Source of the DNA: a virus
DNA length: 64,000 bases
Virus record (IMG/VR): IMGVR_UViG_3300010883_000001
Coordinates: 64,001 to 128,000 of that record
Strand: one strand, 5' to 3'
Shown: positions 47,815 to 58,115 of the stretch, in pieces
Position numbering within the stretch: the first letter of the stretch is position 1
How the letters are laid out: every line of letters begins with the position of its first letter
Notes under the pieces: generated by a model
The model's input: only the letters and a program-made list of their open reading frames with translations
Database searches by the model: none
What the model was told of the DNA's origin: nothing
Position numbers and translations under genes: made by a program

Positions 47815-48423
47815 ATGATTAAGCTTCATGTAAAGCTACCGCACAGATTTAATCTAGCGCTTAGTGGTGGCCCTGATTCTATGTCTGCACTTGATTTTTT
47901 TTGTAGAGGCCACCGCGACTTTAAGTGTATATACTTCAACCATAAAACAAAGCATTCAGTAGAGGCAGTTCAGCACGTTGTAAAAGAGTGTAAGAATAGG
48001 GGTGTTGAATTAATTATAAGTGATATTGATACAACATTAATAGACAAGGCAAAAAGCCTGGAGGCTGAGTGGAGAAAGCAGAGAATAGCATTTTTTAATT
48101 CTTTTAATGAAGATATAATAACCGCACATAATTTAAACGATGTTGTTGAGTGGTGGATGTTTACTTCGCTGCACGGAAACCCTAGACTAATACCTACTAG
48201 AAACAAAAATATATTGAGACCCTTTTTGACAACTTCAAAAGATGATTTTCTTAAGTGGAATAAAAAAAATGATGTTAAGACAGTTTTAGATCCGGGGAAT
48301 ACAAATAGAGACTTTATGCGTACAATAATAAGGCATGATATGATGCCACATGTATTAAAAATTAACCCGGGTATCGGAAAGGTTTTGAGGAAGAAAATCA
48401 TGAGAATTAAAAATGAAGCTTAG
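47815..48423 (+). CDS. tilS: Minimal TilS-like PP-loop ATPase (tRNA-Ile lysidine synthetase family)
   Basis: ALSGGPDS, FNH, AHNLND, LRPFL, DPGN, R..IRH; N-terminal domain only. Confidence 0.8.
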   Translation: MIKLHVKLPHRFNLALSGGPDSMSALDFFCRGHRDFKCIYFNHKTKHSVEAVQHVVKECKNRGVELIISDIDTTLIDKAKSLEAEWRKQRIAFFNSFNEDIITAHNLNDVVEWWMFTSLHGNPRLIPTRNKNILRPFLTTSKDDFLKWNKKNDVKTVLDPGNTNRDFMRTIIRHDMMPHVLKINPGIGKVLRKKIMRIKNEA

Positions 48424-49441
48424 ACAAGCGTTATGTTTTGATGATGTTCTTTTAGAACCTAGGTTTTCAAGTATTTGTTCAAGATCAGATATATCTTTAG
48501 AGTTTAAGCTAAGAAATTTATCTCATACTTTCTCTCTTCCTGTATTTTCTAGCCCAATGGATACAGTTACGGAAGACAAGATGGCTTATGGGATGTATAG
48601 GGCTGGTGGGCTAGGTATTATCCACAGATATAATACTATAGATGAACAGGTGGTGCATGTGAATTCAGTGTGTGCCTCAAAGACAGCACACGTTGGCGCG
48701 GCCATAGGGGTTTCAGGTGACTTTGAAGAAAGGGCATGTGCTGTATACGATGCCGGTGCCCGCATAATTTGTATAGATGTTGCTCATGGCCACCATATGC
48801 TAGTAAAAGAAGCACTCAGTTGCCTGCGGACTACGTTCGGCAACAACATTCATATAATGGCTGGCAATGTTGCTACTATAGATGGGTTTAATGACTTGGC
48901 TGATTGGGGCGCTGATAGTATTCGAGTTGGTATAGGCGGAGGATCAATATGTTCAACTAGAATACAAACAGGTCATGGTATACCCACTTTACAAAGCGTG
49001 TTTGACTGTGCTAGATCTGATAGGCATGTTTCTATTATTGCTGATGGAGGGATTCGGAGTAGTGGTGATATCGTAAAGTGTCTGGCCGCCGGCGCCGATG
49101 CTGTTATATGTGGTTCACTATTAGGTAGGACGTCCGCTGCCCCGGGTGCACGATTTGTCGACGCTTCGGGAAATGAATATAAACAATACAGAGGAATGGC
49201 CTCTATAGAGGCCCAGATTGACTGGAGGGGTCATTCATCATCGGTTGAAGGGGTAACATCAAACGTTATGATACAAGGCACGTTAGATGATGTCTTGGCA
49301 GCACTTGAGAGAGGCATAAGATCAGGTTTATCATATAGCGGGTGTACAACGTTAGATAAATTTAGGGCTAGCGCAAGGTTTATAAACTCATCGACACTTT
49401 CGTCTGCTGAAAACGATACTCATATTTTTACACGTAAATGA
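48413..49441 (+). CDS. IMP dehydrogenase/GMP reductase family protein (no CBS domains)
   Basis: [45 protein letters not shown]. Confidence 0.9.
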   Translation: MKLRQALCFDDVLLEPRFSSICSRSDISLEFKLRNLSHTFSLPVFSSPMDTVTEDKMAYGMYRAGGLGIIHRYNTIDEQVVHVNSVCASKTAHVGAAIGVSGDFEERACAVYDAGARIICIDVAHGHHMLVKEALSCLRTTFGNNIHIMAGNVATIDGFNDLADWGADSIRVGIGGGSICSTRIQTGHGIPTLQSVFDCARSDRHVSIIADGGIRSSGDIVKCLAAGADAVICGSLLGRTSAAPGARFVDASGNEYKQYRGMASIEAQIDWRGHSSSVEGVTSNVMIQGTLDDVLAALERGIRSGLSYSGCTTLDKFRASARFINSSTLSSAENDTHIFTRK

Positions 49442-49473
49442 TTTACTGACGAATATAGAGACTTAGTATTTTC

Positions 49474-49800
49474 ATGAGTAGGGATGAGAATACTATGATT
49501 GATGATGAGTTTTTGACCAATACAATCGTCGAATTTGCTATATTAAGCTTGTTAGGGTTTCATTTAATAAAGATACCACCATCATCCTCATATTTTTCAG
49601 ATATAAAATATCGTCCTGTTTGGACATTGGCTCAAGACAAAAAAACAAAAACGCCTGTTCGTTTAGAGTTGATATGTCCGGCAAAACGGGAAACTAGGGT
49701 CGCATGGCCTCAAGATTTAAATGAGTTTGGTGTGACTTTAGTAGATATTATTGAATATTTACGATCAATAGGTGCAAAAAAGTTACCTGCTGTCTTGTGA
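49474..49800 (+). CDS. Hypothetical protein
   Basis: 108-aa ORF. Confidence 0.5.
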   Translation: MSRDENTMIDDEFLTNTIVEFAILSLLGFHLIKIPPSSSYFSDIKYRPVWTLAQDKKTKTPVRLELICPAKRETRVAWPQDLNEFGVTLVDIIEYLRSIGAKKLPAVL

Positions 49801-49843
49801 TCACATATATATTAATGCCAGCTGAATTTTGGTGGGAGACTTT

Positions 49844-50356
49844 ATGGGTAATCGAAAATTTGAATTTGACGTAAGAACATGGATAAGAGAAGCAGCGCAA
49901 GAAAAACAAGATAAAGCTGTTGAAGAGATGTCAAAAGAAATAGAGAAACTAAGTCATGAGTGGGCGGGTGGAGATAACCTAGAACACTCAATTGATCATA
50001 CTAAATCATCAACGGGCCTTGAGTCTATAAAACACCCGGAGGTTGATGGTCTAGAAATTTCTGAATCACATTTTGAACTTGGTGGTGATGAAGGTATTTC
50101 TGTATGTGATTTAGGAAATTCAGATTTGGCAGCCCAGTATGAAAGAAAGGCTAGCAGATCGATGATAGCAGTACCATGCCCGGAGTCATATGCCACAGCT
50201 GCTCAGGCCCTTGTTGGATCACCGTATGATGCAGAGGGATTACTCAGGCCCCTCATGGAGGCTACTGGCGCCACGTGCCCAGCATCGGTTGCGCGTGCAT
50301 TAGCTGATCTGATTGACGTAGCTCAGGCACTTGGGATTATTGGGAGTCTCAAATAA
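49844..50356 (+). CDS. Hypothetical protein (VRTWIRE motif)
   Basis: RBS GGGAG before ATG 49844. Confidence 0.65.
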   Translation: MGNRKFEFDVRTWIREAAQEKQDKAVEEMSKEIEKLSHEWAGGDNLEHSIDHTKSSTGLESIKHPEVDGLEISESHFELGGDEGISVCDLGNSDLAAQYERKASRSMIAVPCPESYATAAQALVGSPYDAEGLLRPLMEATGATCPASVARALADLIDVAQALGIIGSLK

Positions 50357-50748
50357 TGTCATTTACCAGCCAGACATTGGTAGAGAAGCCATGGGGTCAT
50401 GAAAAAATATGGGCAAATTGCTCTAATTATATTGGCAAAATTTTATATATTAAAAAAGGTCATAGGTTATCACTTCAGTTTCACAAGGAAAAAGAAGAAT
50501 CTATTATGGTACTTGAGGGAACGATGATATTACATCATAGATTACCCACTAGCAACTTACATGGCCCAGGATCTATGCAGAGGACTGAAATGAGTGAAGG
50601 AGATTGTTTTCACATAAAACCAGGGCTTACACATAGATTTGAGGCGGTAGACTCAGACGTAACGATATTAGAGGTATCAACAACACAACTTGACGACGTA
50701 GTTCGTCTAGACGATGATTATGGGAGAGATAAACGTGAAAACGCTTAA
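50356..50748 (+). CDS. Cupin, mannose-6-phosphate isomerase type II C-terminal-like
   Basis: VEKPWGHE, LSLQFH..KEE, HRF, EVST...DDVVRLDDDYGR. Confidence 0.85.
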   Translation: MSFTSQTLVEKPWGHEKIWANCSNYIGKILYIKKGHRLSLQFHKEKEESIMVLEGTMILHHRLPTSNLHGPGSMQRTEMSEGDCFHIKPGLTHRFEAVDSDVTILEVSTTQLDDVVRLDDDYGRDKRENA

Positions 50749-51847
50749 AGAAGTTTACGGATACTCAAAGAAAAAAAGACTTTCAAATAAAAGTTTAAAA
50801 AAGATAATTTTAGATGAAACGATTAAGGTCTTGATCGAGCAAGGTGAAACCGCAGAAGAAAAATCAGCAGATGCAGGTGGTTTTGCTAGCGTTACTACTT
50901 CGACCAACATCGCAGACTTAGACGGTAGTGATGCCTATAGGCAACTGGTATCTGGAGATGAAAGCGCTCCGCTAGTACAAGCCATGATCAACGCTGAACC
51001 TTGGGCTTCTGGGGCCGTATCAAAAGCCGGCGGCGTTGAAGCCATTAAAAAATGGGCTGAAGGAGTAGGCGAAGCCGACCTGTCTGCACGAATTTCTAAA
51101 ATTGGGTCATCATTACCTGGTTCTGCTCCGGCCAAGGTTGACATGCCTGCTTTGGAAGGCGAAGATGCAGCAAATGTTGCCGATGCCCTTTCTCCTGGTG
51201 GGAAGTATAATATAGACCTCGCAGCCGTGTATGCTGGAGATTCAGAGGATTTTGATGCTTGGTATGACGGCCTCTCTGATGAAGATAAGGCGTCTTATGA
51301 CGCAGGCAAAGTTCCAAGTGCCGATAAAAATGAATCTTTTATTAGAGAAGATAAGTACCCTCGCCAAGGCAAATCTCCAATGCCGGGAGGGGGTGCGGAT
51401 GCAGTTGGAAAAGCTCTGGCGTTTCTAACCAAGGGAATGGCAGATGGAAACCCTACAGATGATAACATCAGTGTAACACAGGGTGGATCTATAGCTAATT
51501 CAAAGATGGTTCCAACACAATCCAATATTCTAGCCGGAAAATCTATGCTGTTTGCATTTCTGCAGGGTACAGGAAATACTGACCTATCTGATATGGGCGG
51601 GGCTTTCGTGACGTCTGCCGGAGAAATATTAGACGGACATCACCGGTGGTCAGGTGCCTATATTGGAACAGGTGGTGGATTAACCCACAGCAATGTCCAT
51701 GTCGTTGACGGAGATAAGGATACGCTTATTCCGATGTTAGTATCTGTTGGTAATGCACTCGGTCGTTCACAAAAAGAATCTCGTACTAGAAATAACAAAG
51801 ACCAGCTTATCATGGAGCGATGGAAAACGATCGCAGGCATCGTATAA
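50714..51847 (+). CDS. ParB/Srx-like domain protein, probably virion-associated
   Basis: PTQ and ILDGHHRW motifs; C-terminal MERWKTIAGI; start may be GTG 50735. Confidence 0.65.
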   Translation: MIMGEINVKTLKEVYGYSKKKRLSNKSLKKIILDETIKVLIEQGETAEEKSADAGGFASVTTSTNIADLDGSDAYRQLVSGDESAPLVQAMINAEPWASGAVSKAGGVEAIKKWAEGVGEADLSARISKIGSSLPGSAPAKVDMPALEGEDAANVADALSPGGKYNIDLAAVYAGDSEDFDAWYDGLSDEDKASYDAGKVPSADKNESFIREDKYPRQGKSPMPGGGADAVGKALAFLTKGMADGNPTDDNISVTQGGSIANSKMVPTQSNILAGKSMLFAFLQGTGNTDLSDMGGAFVTSAGEILDGHHRWSGAYIGTGGGLTHSNVHVVDGDKDTLIPMLVSVGNALGRSQKESRTRNNKDQLIMERWKTIAGIV

Positions 51848-51866
51848 ACTAGTTTAGGAGAGTTAG

Positions 51867-52697
51867 GTGCCTTGGAAAGCTATAAAAAGAGATTGTGTTC
51901 AAAAAACTACCGGTAAAAAAGGCACCCACGCAGTTGTAAAGAAAAAACGTGGCGGAAAGACGGAGCAGGAGTCATGTCATGATAATGAAAAATCTGCAAA
52001 TTCAGCCATCAGGGCCCGGCATGCGAATGAGTCGCGAGTATACGCATTAACAGAATTAGAGTTAAGAAACCTCATTAGAAAATCAATAATTTCGGAAAAG
52101 AAATGGGCTGATTTTAACGCACCTAAGGGTGAGACTATTTCATTAAGCGTATCGGATTTTGATGATAATACTCCTAGTGTTAGAGATTTAGATGATGAAA
52201 TATTTGATTTAATTCAAAATGCGTATAATGATGTACCGTTAGGTAATGATGAGTTTGGGCATGCAAAAGTTAGAAGTCCTGAAAGTTTACCGGCGGGATA
52301 TACAGTTTTGCAGGCTGCTGATTTAGATTCAGATCCAGATCCGGATTATTTTCGTGGATCAAAAATGAAATCAGGTAGGGTTAAGCTTGGAATAGTTGGT
52401 CATGACGGATCCGATATAGCAATTCAAAAATATCTAGATGAGACCGCTGAACAACTTAAGTCTGGTGGGATGGCTGAGATGTCTGGGGCAATTGCACATG
52501 TCATGATAACTCGTCATGGTGTAAGTGCAGTAACAGATCAGGCGACTGTAGAGTCTTTATTAGGAAAAAGAGTAGAGTGGGTAGGCCTGCATCCGGATGA
52601 GAAATATGCTAGTAGATACGGCCCTGCTTATAAGGGATGGTATAATAGGACAATAGGTGGTGGAAAACATATGAAAATTTTATTAGGAGCAGTATAG
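51867..52697 (+). CDS. Hypothetical protein with LRNLIRKSIISE motif
   Basis: RBS AGGAG, GTG start. Confidence 0.7.
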   Translation: MPWKAIKRDCVQKTTGKKGTHAVVKKKRGGKTEQESCHDNEKSANSAIRARHANESRVYALTELELRNLIRKSIISEKKWADFNAPKGETISLSVSDFDDNTPSVRDLDDEIFDLIQNAYNDVPLGNDEFGHAKVRSPESLPAGYTVLQAADLDSDPDPDYFRGSKMKSGRVKLGIVGHDGSDIAIQKYLDETAEQLKSGGMAEMSGAIAHVMITRHGVSAVTDQATVESLLGKRVEWVGLHPDEKYASRYGPAYKGWYNRTIGGGKHMKILLGAV

Positions 52698-52894
52698 TGT
52701 TATTAAGAAAAGGCGACAGGGTTCAGATGATATTTCAGATGAATAAAGTAGGGACAGTTTTGGAGGTAAGATCCAAAGCAAGCCATCAATGGCTGATGGG
52801 TGGCGCGCTAAGTTCTAAATTATTTGTTGATATTAAGCTCGATACCGGTGATGTCGTGACTGTGGCGCATGATGATTTGATGAGGGAAGACTAA
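52697..52894 (+). CDS. Small SH3/KOW-like protein
   Basis: LRKGDRV...GTVLEV pattern. Confidence 0.5.
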   Translation: MLLRKGDRVQMIFQMNKVGTVLEVRSKASHQWLMGGALSSKLFVDIKLDTGDVVTVAHDDLMRED

Positions 52895-53228
52895 CATCAA
52901 CTTCATCATCATTAAACTGGCGCATCTGTTCAATTTCTTCAGGTCGATACCCCTTAACTAGGTCGAATACTTCGGGTCTGGGATCTTGATCATCTTCAAT
53001 TTCGTCAACCTCTGCACCTTCATCGTCAGCTTCGCCGTAGAATGCTCCATCACCCCATCCGGTATCTTCTCCCCAACCGGCTGTATGTGATGTTCTTATC
53101 GTATCAAGCATTCCAAGCGTGGCACTTCCATTTTTGCCACCCCCACCTTTTAATGCTTCTGGTGGTTGCCAGAGTTCGCTGATTGCGCTTCTTATTAACT
53201 GGCGTAACGTAGTTTCTGTTAATCTCAT
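52833..53228 (-). CDS. Hypothetical protein with N-terminal MRLTETTLRQLIRSAISE motif
   Basis: Shares the recurring motif; RBS AGGA; 3' end overlaps the convergent gene. Confidence 0.65.
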   Translation of the reverse strand: MRLTETTLRQLIRSAISELWQPPEALKGGGGKNGSATLGMLDTIRTSHTAGWGEDTGWGDGAFYGEADDEGAEVDEIEDDQDPRPEVFDLVKGYRPEEIEQMRQFNDDEVDVSLPSSNHHAPQSRHHRYRA

Positions 53229-53421
53229 TTTTAATTCCTAGCTTTTAATTATATTCTTATAATTGGAGACAATAAAAAATACCTAATATCAATCACCAGT
53301 TTAATATGGATTCACTTTAAAGCATATTTGTAAGTATTGTAAGCGTGAGTAGCTTATATGTTGAATAATTAAACAATAGGTATTTTGATAATACTTCTAA
53401 TTCATTATGATAGGAATTTTT

Positions 53422-53583
53422 ATGAAGAAAAATAAGTCAATTGCTGTAAGAAAAGTTGATAGAATAATTGAGGTTCTTAATAAAAAAGATGAGCCCTTAT
53501 ATAAGATGACGTTTATGACCGTCGGTGATTTCAGAAAAATAATTAGGGAAGAGATTGAGGGATTATTAAACGTTAAAAAATAG
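53422..53583 (+). CDS. Small protein (53 aa, not in ORF track) with FRKIIREEIE motif
   Basis: RBS AGGA; MKKNKSIAV...GLLNVKK. Confidence 0.55.
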   Translation: MKKNKSIAVRKVDRIIEVLNKKDEPLYKMTFMTVGDFRKIIREEIEGLLNVKK

Positions 53584-53663
53584 TATGCTCACCGCTCTGT
53601 ATTACGATTGGGGTTACGCTTGTATATTATATTAAGAGAAAAATTTCTGGTGACTAATCAATT

Positions 53664-53918
53664 ATGGATGATAAAGATGCTCATGATCTTTTTAAAGATC
53701 TGAATTATAAGCTTAAGCTTAATTGGACAAATCATGAGCGCCGATATGGCAAATTTGTCAAGCTAAAGAAGCATGAAATAAGATATGCTGCCTTCATTAA
53801 AGATAAGTACAATGAGGTTGGCTGGGCAGTTAAGGTTATTATGGGCTTAAGCCCGGGTTTAAAACGTGAGGCCTGGCTAAATTTTAAAGTACCCGGGTGG
53901 TCAAAGAAAGAATCTTAA
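53664..53918 (+). CDS. Hypothetical basic protein
   Basis: 84-aa ORF. Confidence 0.55.
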   Translation: MDDKDAHDLFKDLNYKLKLNWTNHERRYGKFVKLKKHEIRYAAFIKDKYNEVGWAVKVIMGLSPGLKREAWLNFKVPGWSKKES

Positions 53919-53921
53919 AAA

Positions 53922-55178
53922 ATGGCAAGAACAAAAAATTTTGGCGCTAGCGCCGTAAGGTTCAATCAGGGAATTTCATTATCAGGATCTGTAGGTGCAA
54001 ACGCCGGCCACTCATTGGTCGTGACAGGATCAGCTGTTATTAGCGGACTATCTTATCCAATGTCTGATGGTACTGCAAATTATGTTCTTAAGACTGATGG
54101 GAATGGAAGTTTAAGCTGGACTTCAAATTCAGGTGGAGGGTCTGGATCACCTGGTGGATCTAATACTCAATTACAATATAACAATAATAGTTCGTTCGGC
54201 GGGGTCTCTGGTGTCACTACTGATGGTACTAATGTAACTTTTGGGGATACTGCCTTACTAGTTGGATCAGATATTATTCATTCTGGCGATGCAGATACTT
54301 TTGTTCGGTTTGAAACCAACAATATCAGTTTGTCAGCCGGTGGTGCCGTGATGACTTATGATGGAACAGACTTAACAGTTCCGGGTGTCAGCAGCATTTA
54401 CGTGGACAAAATAAGGCGAGCATCAGATAGCAGCACTACTACAAAAATACTTCTCAATGATGAAGCATTAAAGTTATATGCTGGCCACTCATCAGATAAC
54501 ATATGCACGATAGATTCTACTGGTCTAACAATAGATAACGGCAGCTTAGAAACAGCAACCATCGATTACACTGACGGCGATCTGTCTATGACCATTGCCG
54601 ATGGGGGCAAGGTTACGTTTGCAGCAGGTTTTGGCGTTGGATCCGATGCGGCTGGTGACATATTGTACCATAACGGTACCAGCTATATTAGGCTGGCTAA
54701 GGGCACCGCAGACCAAGTGCTTACCATGAACGACGCAGCTACTGCACCCGGCTGGGAAGCTGCTAGTGGAGGAGGGGGTTCAAGTGAATCGACTGTTTCA
54801 TACACATTAGGATATGCGACATTGAATACAGCTGCAGGAGGTAGCGTATCTGATGCACTTACAATTCCGGCTGGAAAGACTCTTAAAATAATAACAATTG
54901 ATATAACGACCGGCTTTACAGATTCATACGGAAGCGGGACTTATGCAACGATATATTTTAAATCTGGTTCAACATCACTAAGACCCCGGGGTACATATAC
55001 ATCTTACGGATCTGTTAGTGAAGGTAGTAGTTTTTGGGGCGCATCTGATGCTTATGGTTCTACATCATGCCGACTGACGATTGGCGGCGGCGGCAGTGAA
55101 GATTTTGCACTTTATTGGTCAAATCAGAGTTCAACTCTCACAGCTGGATCTGCAATAATAAAAGCTTGGTATGTATGA
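53922..55178 (+). CDS. Fibre/receptor-binding-like protein
   Basis: YPMSDGTANYVLKTDGNGSLSW, SPGGSNTQLQYN and GDILY...GTADQVLT fibre motifs. Confidence 0.7.
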   Translation: MARTKNFGASAVRFNQGISLSGSVGANAGHSLVVTGSAVISGLSYPMSDGTANYVLKTDGNGSLSWTSNSGGGSGSPGGSNTQLQYNNNSSFGGVSGVTTDGTNVTFGDTALLVGSDIIHSGDADTFVRFETNNISLSAGGAVMTYDGTDLTVPGVSSIYVDKIRRASDSSTTTKILLNDEALKLYAGHSSDNICTIDSTGLTIDNGSLETATIDYTDGDLSMTIADGGKVTFAAGFGVGSDAAGDILYHNGTSYIRLAKGTADQVLTMNDAATAPGWEAASGGGGSSESTVSYTLGYATLNTAAGGSVSDALTIPAGKTLKIITIDITTGFTDSYGSGTYATIYFKSGSTSLRPRGTYTSYGSVSEGSSFWGASDAYGSTSCRLTIGGGGSEDFALYWSNQSSTLTAGSAIIKAWYV

Positions 55179-55224
55179 GCTAATTATCCACCCCTGAAAT
55201 ATTTATAAAAAACAGGGTTAAAGC

Positions 55225-55950
55225 TTGCAAGAACACGAGAAATTACAAATAATTGAAGATCTTATGCTAGAGTTTCCGGAAGGCCCGGGACCGAACTCAC
55301 TACAGTATGACAAAATAATTATAAAAGAAACAACAGCAAGACCTGGCTCTATAAGGTATATACCCAAAGAAAGTAATTACGGATACGATCCAACAATTAT
55401 TTTTTCATTGGGTATAAGAGCATATACCGAATGTAGAGATATCATTACCAGGATCGTATGTGGCGACTATTGTGATATTTATGACAGGGAAAAAGTCTCT
55501 GATAAACAAAAACGCTTTATCCAAAATAGGGCTCCAGATGTATGGTCTAGGTTGTGTAGGGCTATGAGTAAGATACAAAAAGAAGGAGGAAGAGGAATAT
55601 ATAAAGTTTATAATCAGAGTTCATTTTTCAATCCTCCCCTTGGGTTTGTCTATGCAAAAAATAAGCAGGACGCGATTGATTGCTGTGACATATTATTTTC
55701 AGGATTATGCGATGATAAAAAGAGATTGATAATAGAGTTTTATGGATATGAAGATGTTAATGCTGCGATATCACATAATCGTGAGATACTACAGAAGATG
55801 TCATCAAGCATAGAGACATCACGGGTAAATGTAGATAATCTTAATAGGAGGATTTTAAAGTATGAAACAGCATTACAGAGATTGTCAACAATTTTAGACG
55901 TTCAATTATCATTAGTAGAAAAGCAATGTGAACAAAAAGATGATGATTGA
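55225..55950 (+). CDS. Hypothetical protein
   Basis: 241-aa ORF; C-terminal coiled coil. Confidence 0.6.
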   Translation: MQEHEKLQIIEDLMLEFPEGPGPNSLQYDKIIIKETTARPGSIRYIPKESNYGYDPTIIFSLGIRAYTECRDIITRIVCGDYCDIYDREKVSDKQKRFIQNRAPDVWSRLCRAMSKIQKEGGRGIYKVYNQSSFFNPPLGFVYAKNKQDAIDCCDILFSGLCDDKKRLIIEFYGYEDVNAAISHNREILQKMSSSIETSRVNVDNLNRRILKYETALQRLSTILDVQLSLVEKQCEQKDDD

Positions 55951-56074
55951 TATTTTTATGATATGATATAAATGATTGATATTAGCGATATTTTATCAGT
56001 AGCTTTATTGGCAAATATTTCTTCTATAGTCACGTATATTATTGAGAGTAAAATTAGGTGAGGTGCTATAGGAA

Positions 56075-56566
56075 ATGACTAAGAAAGAAGATGGGACGGT
56101 TGTTGGTTTTACGTGTGGATCTTTTGATTTGATGCATGCAGGGCATGTTCTTATGTTCGAAGAGTGTAAAAAATATTGTGATAAGCTCGTAGTTGGTGTA
56201 CAATCAGATCCATCAGCTGACAGGCCTGAGTCAAAGAATACACCCATCCAGACTTTTGTCGAGAGAATTTTGCTAGTAAAGTCAGTGAGATGGATTGATG
56301 ACGTTATACTTTATCATACCGAGGAAGATCTTTATAGAATATTAGAGGAATTGAAACCCAGCGTTAGGATAATTGGCGAAGACTGGAGGGATAAAGAGTA
56401 TACAGGTCATAATTTACCTATTGATGTTATTTTTAATTCTAGATCCCATACATACTCAACTAGCGAATTGAGGGAAAGGGTTTATGATAGAGAAAAAAAG
56501 AAAAAAGATAAAGAGAAAAATGTAGGTCTATCTCATGGTACCGGTTTACCTACAGGAAGCGATTAG
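56075..56566 (+). CDS. HxGH cytidylyltransferase (TagD/RfaE-like)
   Basis: CGSFDLMHAGH, LVVGVQSD, ER, GEDW, STSELR. Confidence 0.88.
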   Translation: MTKKEDGTVVGFTCGSFDLMHAGHVLMFEECKKYCDKLVVGVQSDPSADRPESKNTPIQTFVERILLVKSVRWIDDVILYHTEEDLYRILEELKPSVRIIGEDWRDKEYTGHNLPIDVIFNSRSHTYSTSELRERVYDREKKKKDKEKNVGLSHGTGLPTGSD

Positions 56567-56570
56567 TTTT

Positions 56571-57296
56571 ATGAAAATAGATGATGCCGCCGAAGTGAAC
56601 CGGCAATACTTATATCACGATAATGATGGATTTGTTGAATATGTCCAACACATGGGTGATGATGCCACAATCGTTAATGCAGCCAGGGTTTCTTTTGGTA
56701 AACAGGTGGCTGAGTTATCTAATAAAGACAAAAAATTGATTAAATACCTTGTAGCGCATAAGCATACGTCTACTTTAGAACATAATGTTTTAACAATGCG
56801 GTTTAGGGTACCCTTGTTTGTTGCGCGGCAACATATGAGGCATCGTACTTGGAGTTTTAATGAAATTTCTCGTAGATATACAAGCATTGATATGTCAATG
56901 TACGAGCCAGACATGTTCAGGGTTCAACATTCTCAGAATAGACAGGCATCCGAAGATGATGGGTTGATTAATCCCTTATGCGTGTCGACAACAGCATATG
57001 ATATTGGGATATCCGGCTCAGCGTCAAGTCTAGTAAAGAGACACCACAAATCATCAATGTTACTGTATGAGTCTTTAATGCAAGCCGGTGTTTGTAGGGA
57101 ACAGGCCCGCGGAGTTCTACCTCAAAATATGTATACAGAATATTTGGGAACAGTCAATCTAAATAATCTGATCAAATTTATACATTTGCGTATCCATGAG
57201 GGTGCACAGTGGGAGATAAGAAGGGTTGCTGAGTCTTGTTACCATATAGCTAGCTCTTTGTGGCCGGATGTTATGAAATGTGCGGTGAAAAATTAA
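56571..57296 (+). CDS. thyX: Flavin-dependent thymidylate synthase
   Basis: AARVSF, HTSTLEH, ARQHMRHR..SFNEISRRY, EQARGVLP, AQWEIR. Confidence 0.95.
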   Translation: MKIDDAAEVNRQYLYHDNDGFVEYVQHMGDDATIVNAARVSFGKQVAELSNKDKKLIKYLVAHKHTSTLEHNVLTMRFRVPLFVARQHMRHRTWSFNEISRRYTSIDMSMYEPDMFRVQHSQNRQASEDDGLINPLCVSTTAYDIGISGSASSLVKRHHKSSMLLYESLMQAGVCREQARGVLPQNMYTEYLGTVNLNNLIKFIHLRIHEGAQWEIRRVAESCYHIASSLWPDVMKCAVKN

Positions 57297-57304
57297 TCTT
57301 AATT

Positions 57305-57334
57305 CGTGCAAATTTTATTAAGTTATGGTATAAT
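57305..57334 (+). promoter_or_regulatory. Promoter CGTGYAA...TGGTATAAT, copy 3
   Basis: GTGCAA-17 nt-TATAAT. Confidence 0.75.
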
Positions 57335-57358
57335 TGAATTATAATGTAGAGTGAAAAT

Positions 57359-57631
57359 ATGAATGACTTGCAGTTAGGATCTGAGGTTTGGTTTGTTTCT
57401 CTTTCTGAGAAGCAACCTAGGCAAGGTATAGTTCTTTCTATATATGAAAATGATGCGATCACCCCCTCAGCTCAGCTCCAATGTATCCACTCGGGTGCAT
57501 ATTATGTAGTCCCAAAGTCTTGGATTGGGGATACTCGAAAATCAGCAAAGTGCCTTCGCATAGATAATGATATTGATTTTCGAAAACGCGTTAATAAAAT
57601 AATAACTTCAAAGGGAGAAAAAGATGAATAA
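57359..57631 (+). CDS. Hypothetical SH3-like protein
   Basis: First gene after promoter copy 3. Confidence 0.6.
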   Translation: MNDLQLGSEVWFVSLSEKQPRQGIVLSIYENDAITPSAQLQCIHSGAYYVVPKSWIGDTRKSAKCLRIDNDIDFRKRVNKIITSKGEKDE

Positions 57632-57863
57632 ATTTAGTAGTATCGATATTCTTGATTTAATCTTTATCAAGAATTATGAGCAAAATCTTGCAAGAAAGAA
57701 TGAGGATACAAGACCAGTATTATATTTGAGTCCCCCCAGTGCTCAGTTTGAGACTAAAAATCTCCCAAAAACTCAATCAATTAGCACTGTAATAGAGATT
57801 GATCTCACAAAAGATGAAGAAGAATCAAATTGTTCAAGGGTGATTATTATTAATAACGTCTGA
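57624..57863 (+). CDS. Hypothetical protein
   Basis: RBS GGGAG. Confidence 0.6.
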   Translation: MNKFSSIDILDLIFIKNYEQNLARKNEDTRPVLYLSPPSAQFETKNLPKTQSISTVIEIDLTKDEEESNCSRVIIINNV

Positions 57864-57881
57864 GATCTGAGGGGAAATTAC

Positions 57882-58115
57882 ATGAATCCTATTATAAAGA
57901 CTGCTATATTTGAGTATGAAAACAGGGATAAAACATGGAGATCTAATATTGGAGCTCCGGTCAAAGCTTTAAAAGTACTTTCAGGAGTTCTGAGTAAATT
58001 AACACCCGAGACTATCATCGCATTAGAGGATGCAGGCTGGCCCAATCGGGATGATGTTCTTAAGATATTTTTAAAGGCGATAAGATTTGAATGTAGTAAA
58101 AAAGAAGTTAAGTAA
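57882..58115 (+). CDS. Hypothetical protein
   Basis: RBS GAGGGG. Confidence 0.55.
   Translation: MNPIIKTAIFEYENRDKTWRSNIGAPVKALKVLSGVLSKLTPETIIALEDAGWPNRDDVLKIFLKAIRFECSKKEVK

Noticed and set aside
53229-53663. tRNA or other structured RNA genes in intergenic gaps
   Set aside because: No cloverleaf or T-loop GTTCRA with matching stems found by eye; part of the gap is a 53-aa ORF
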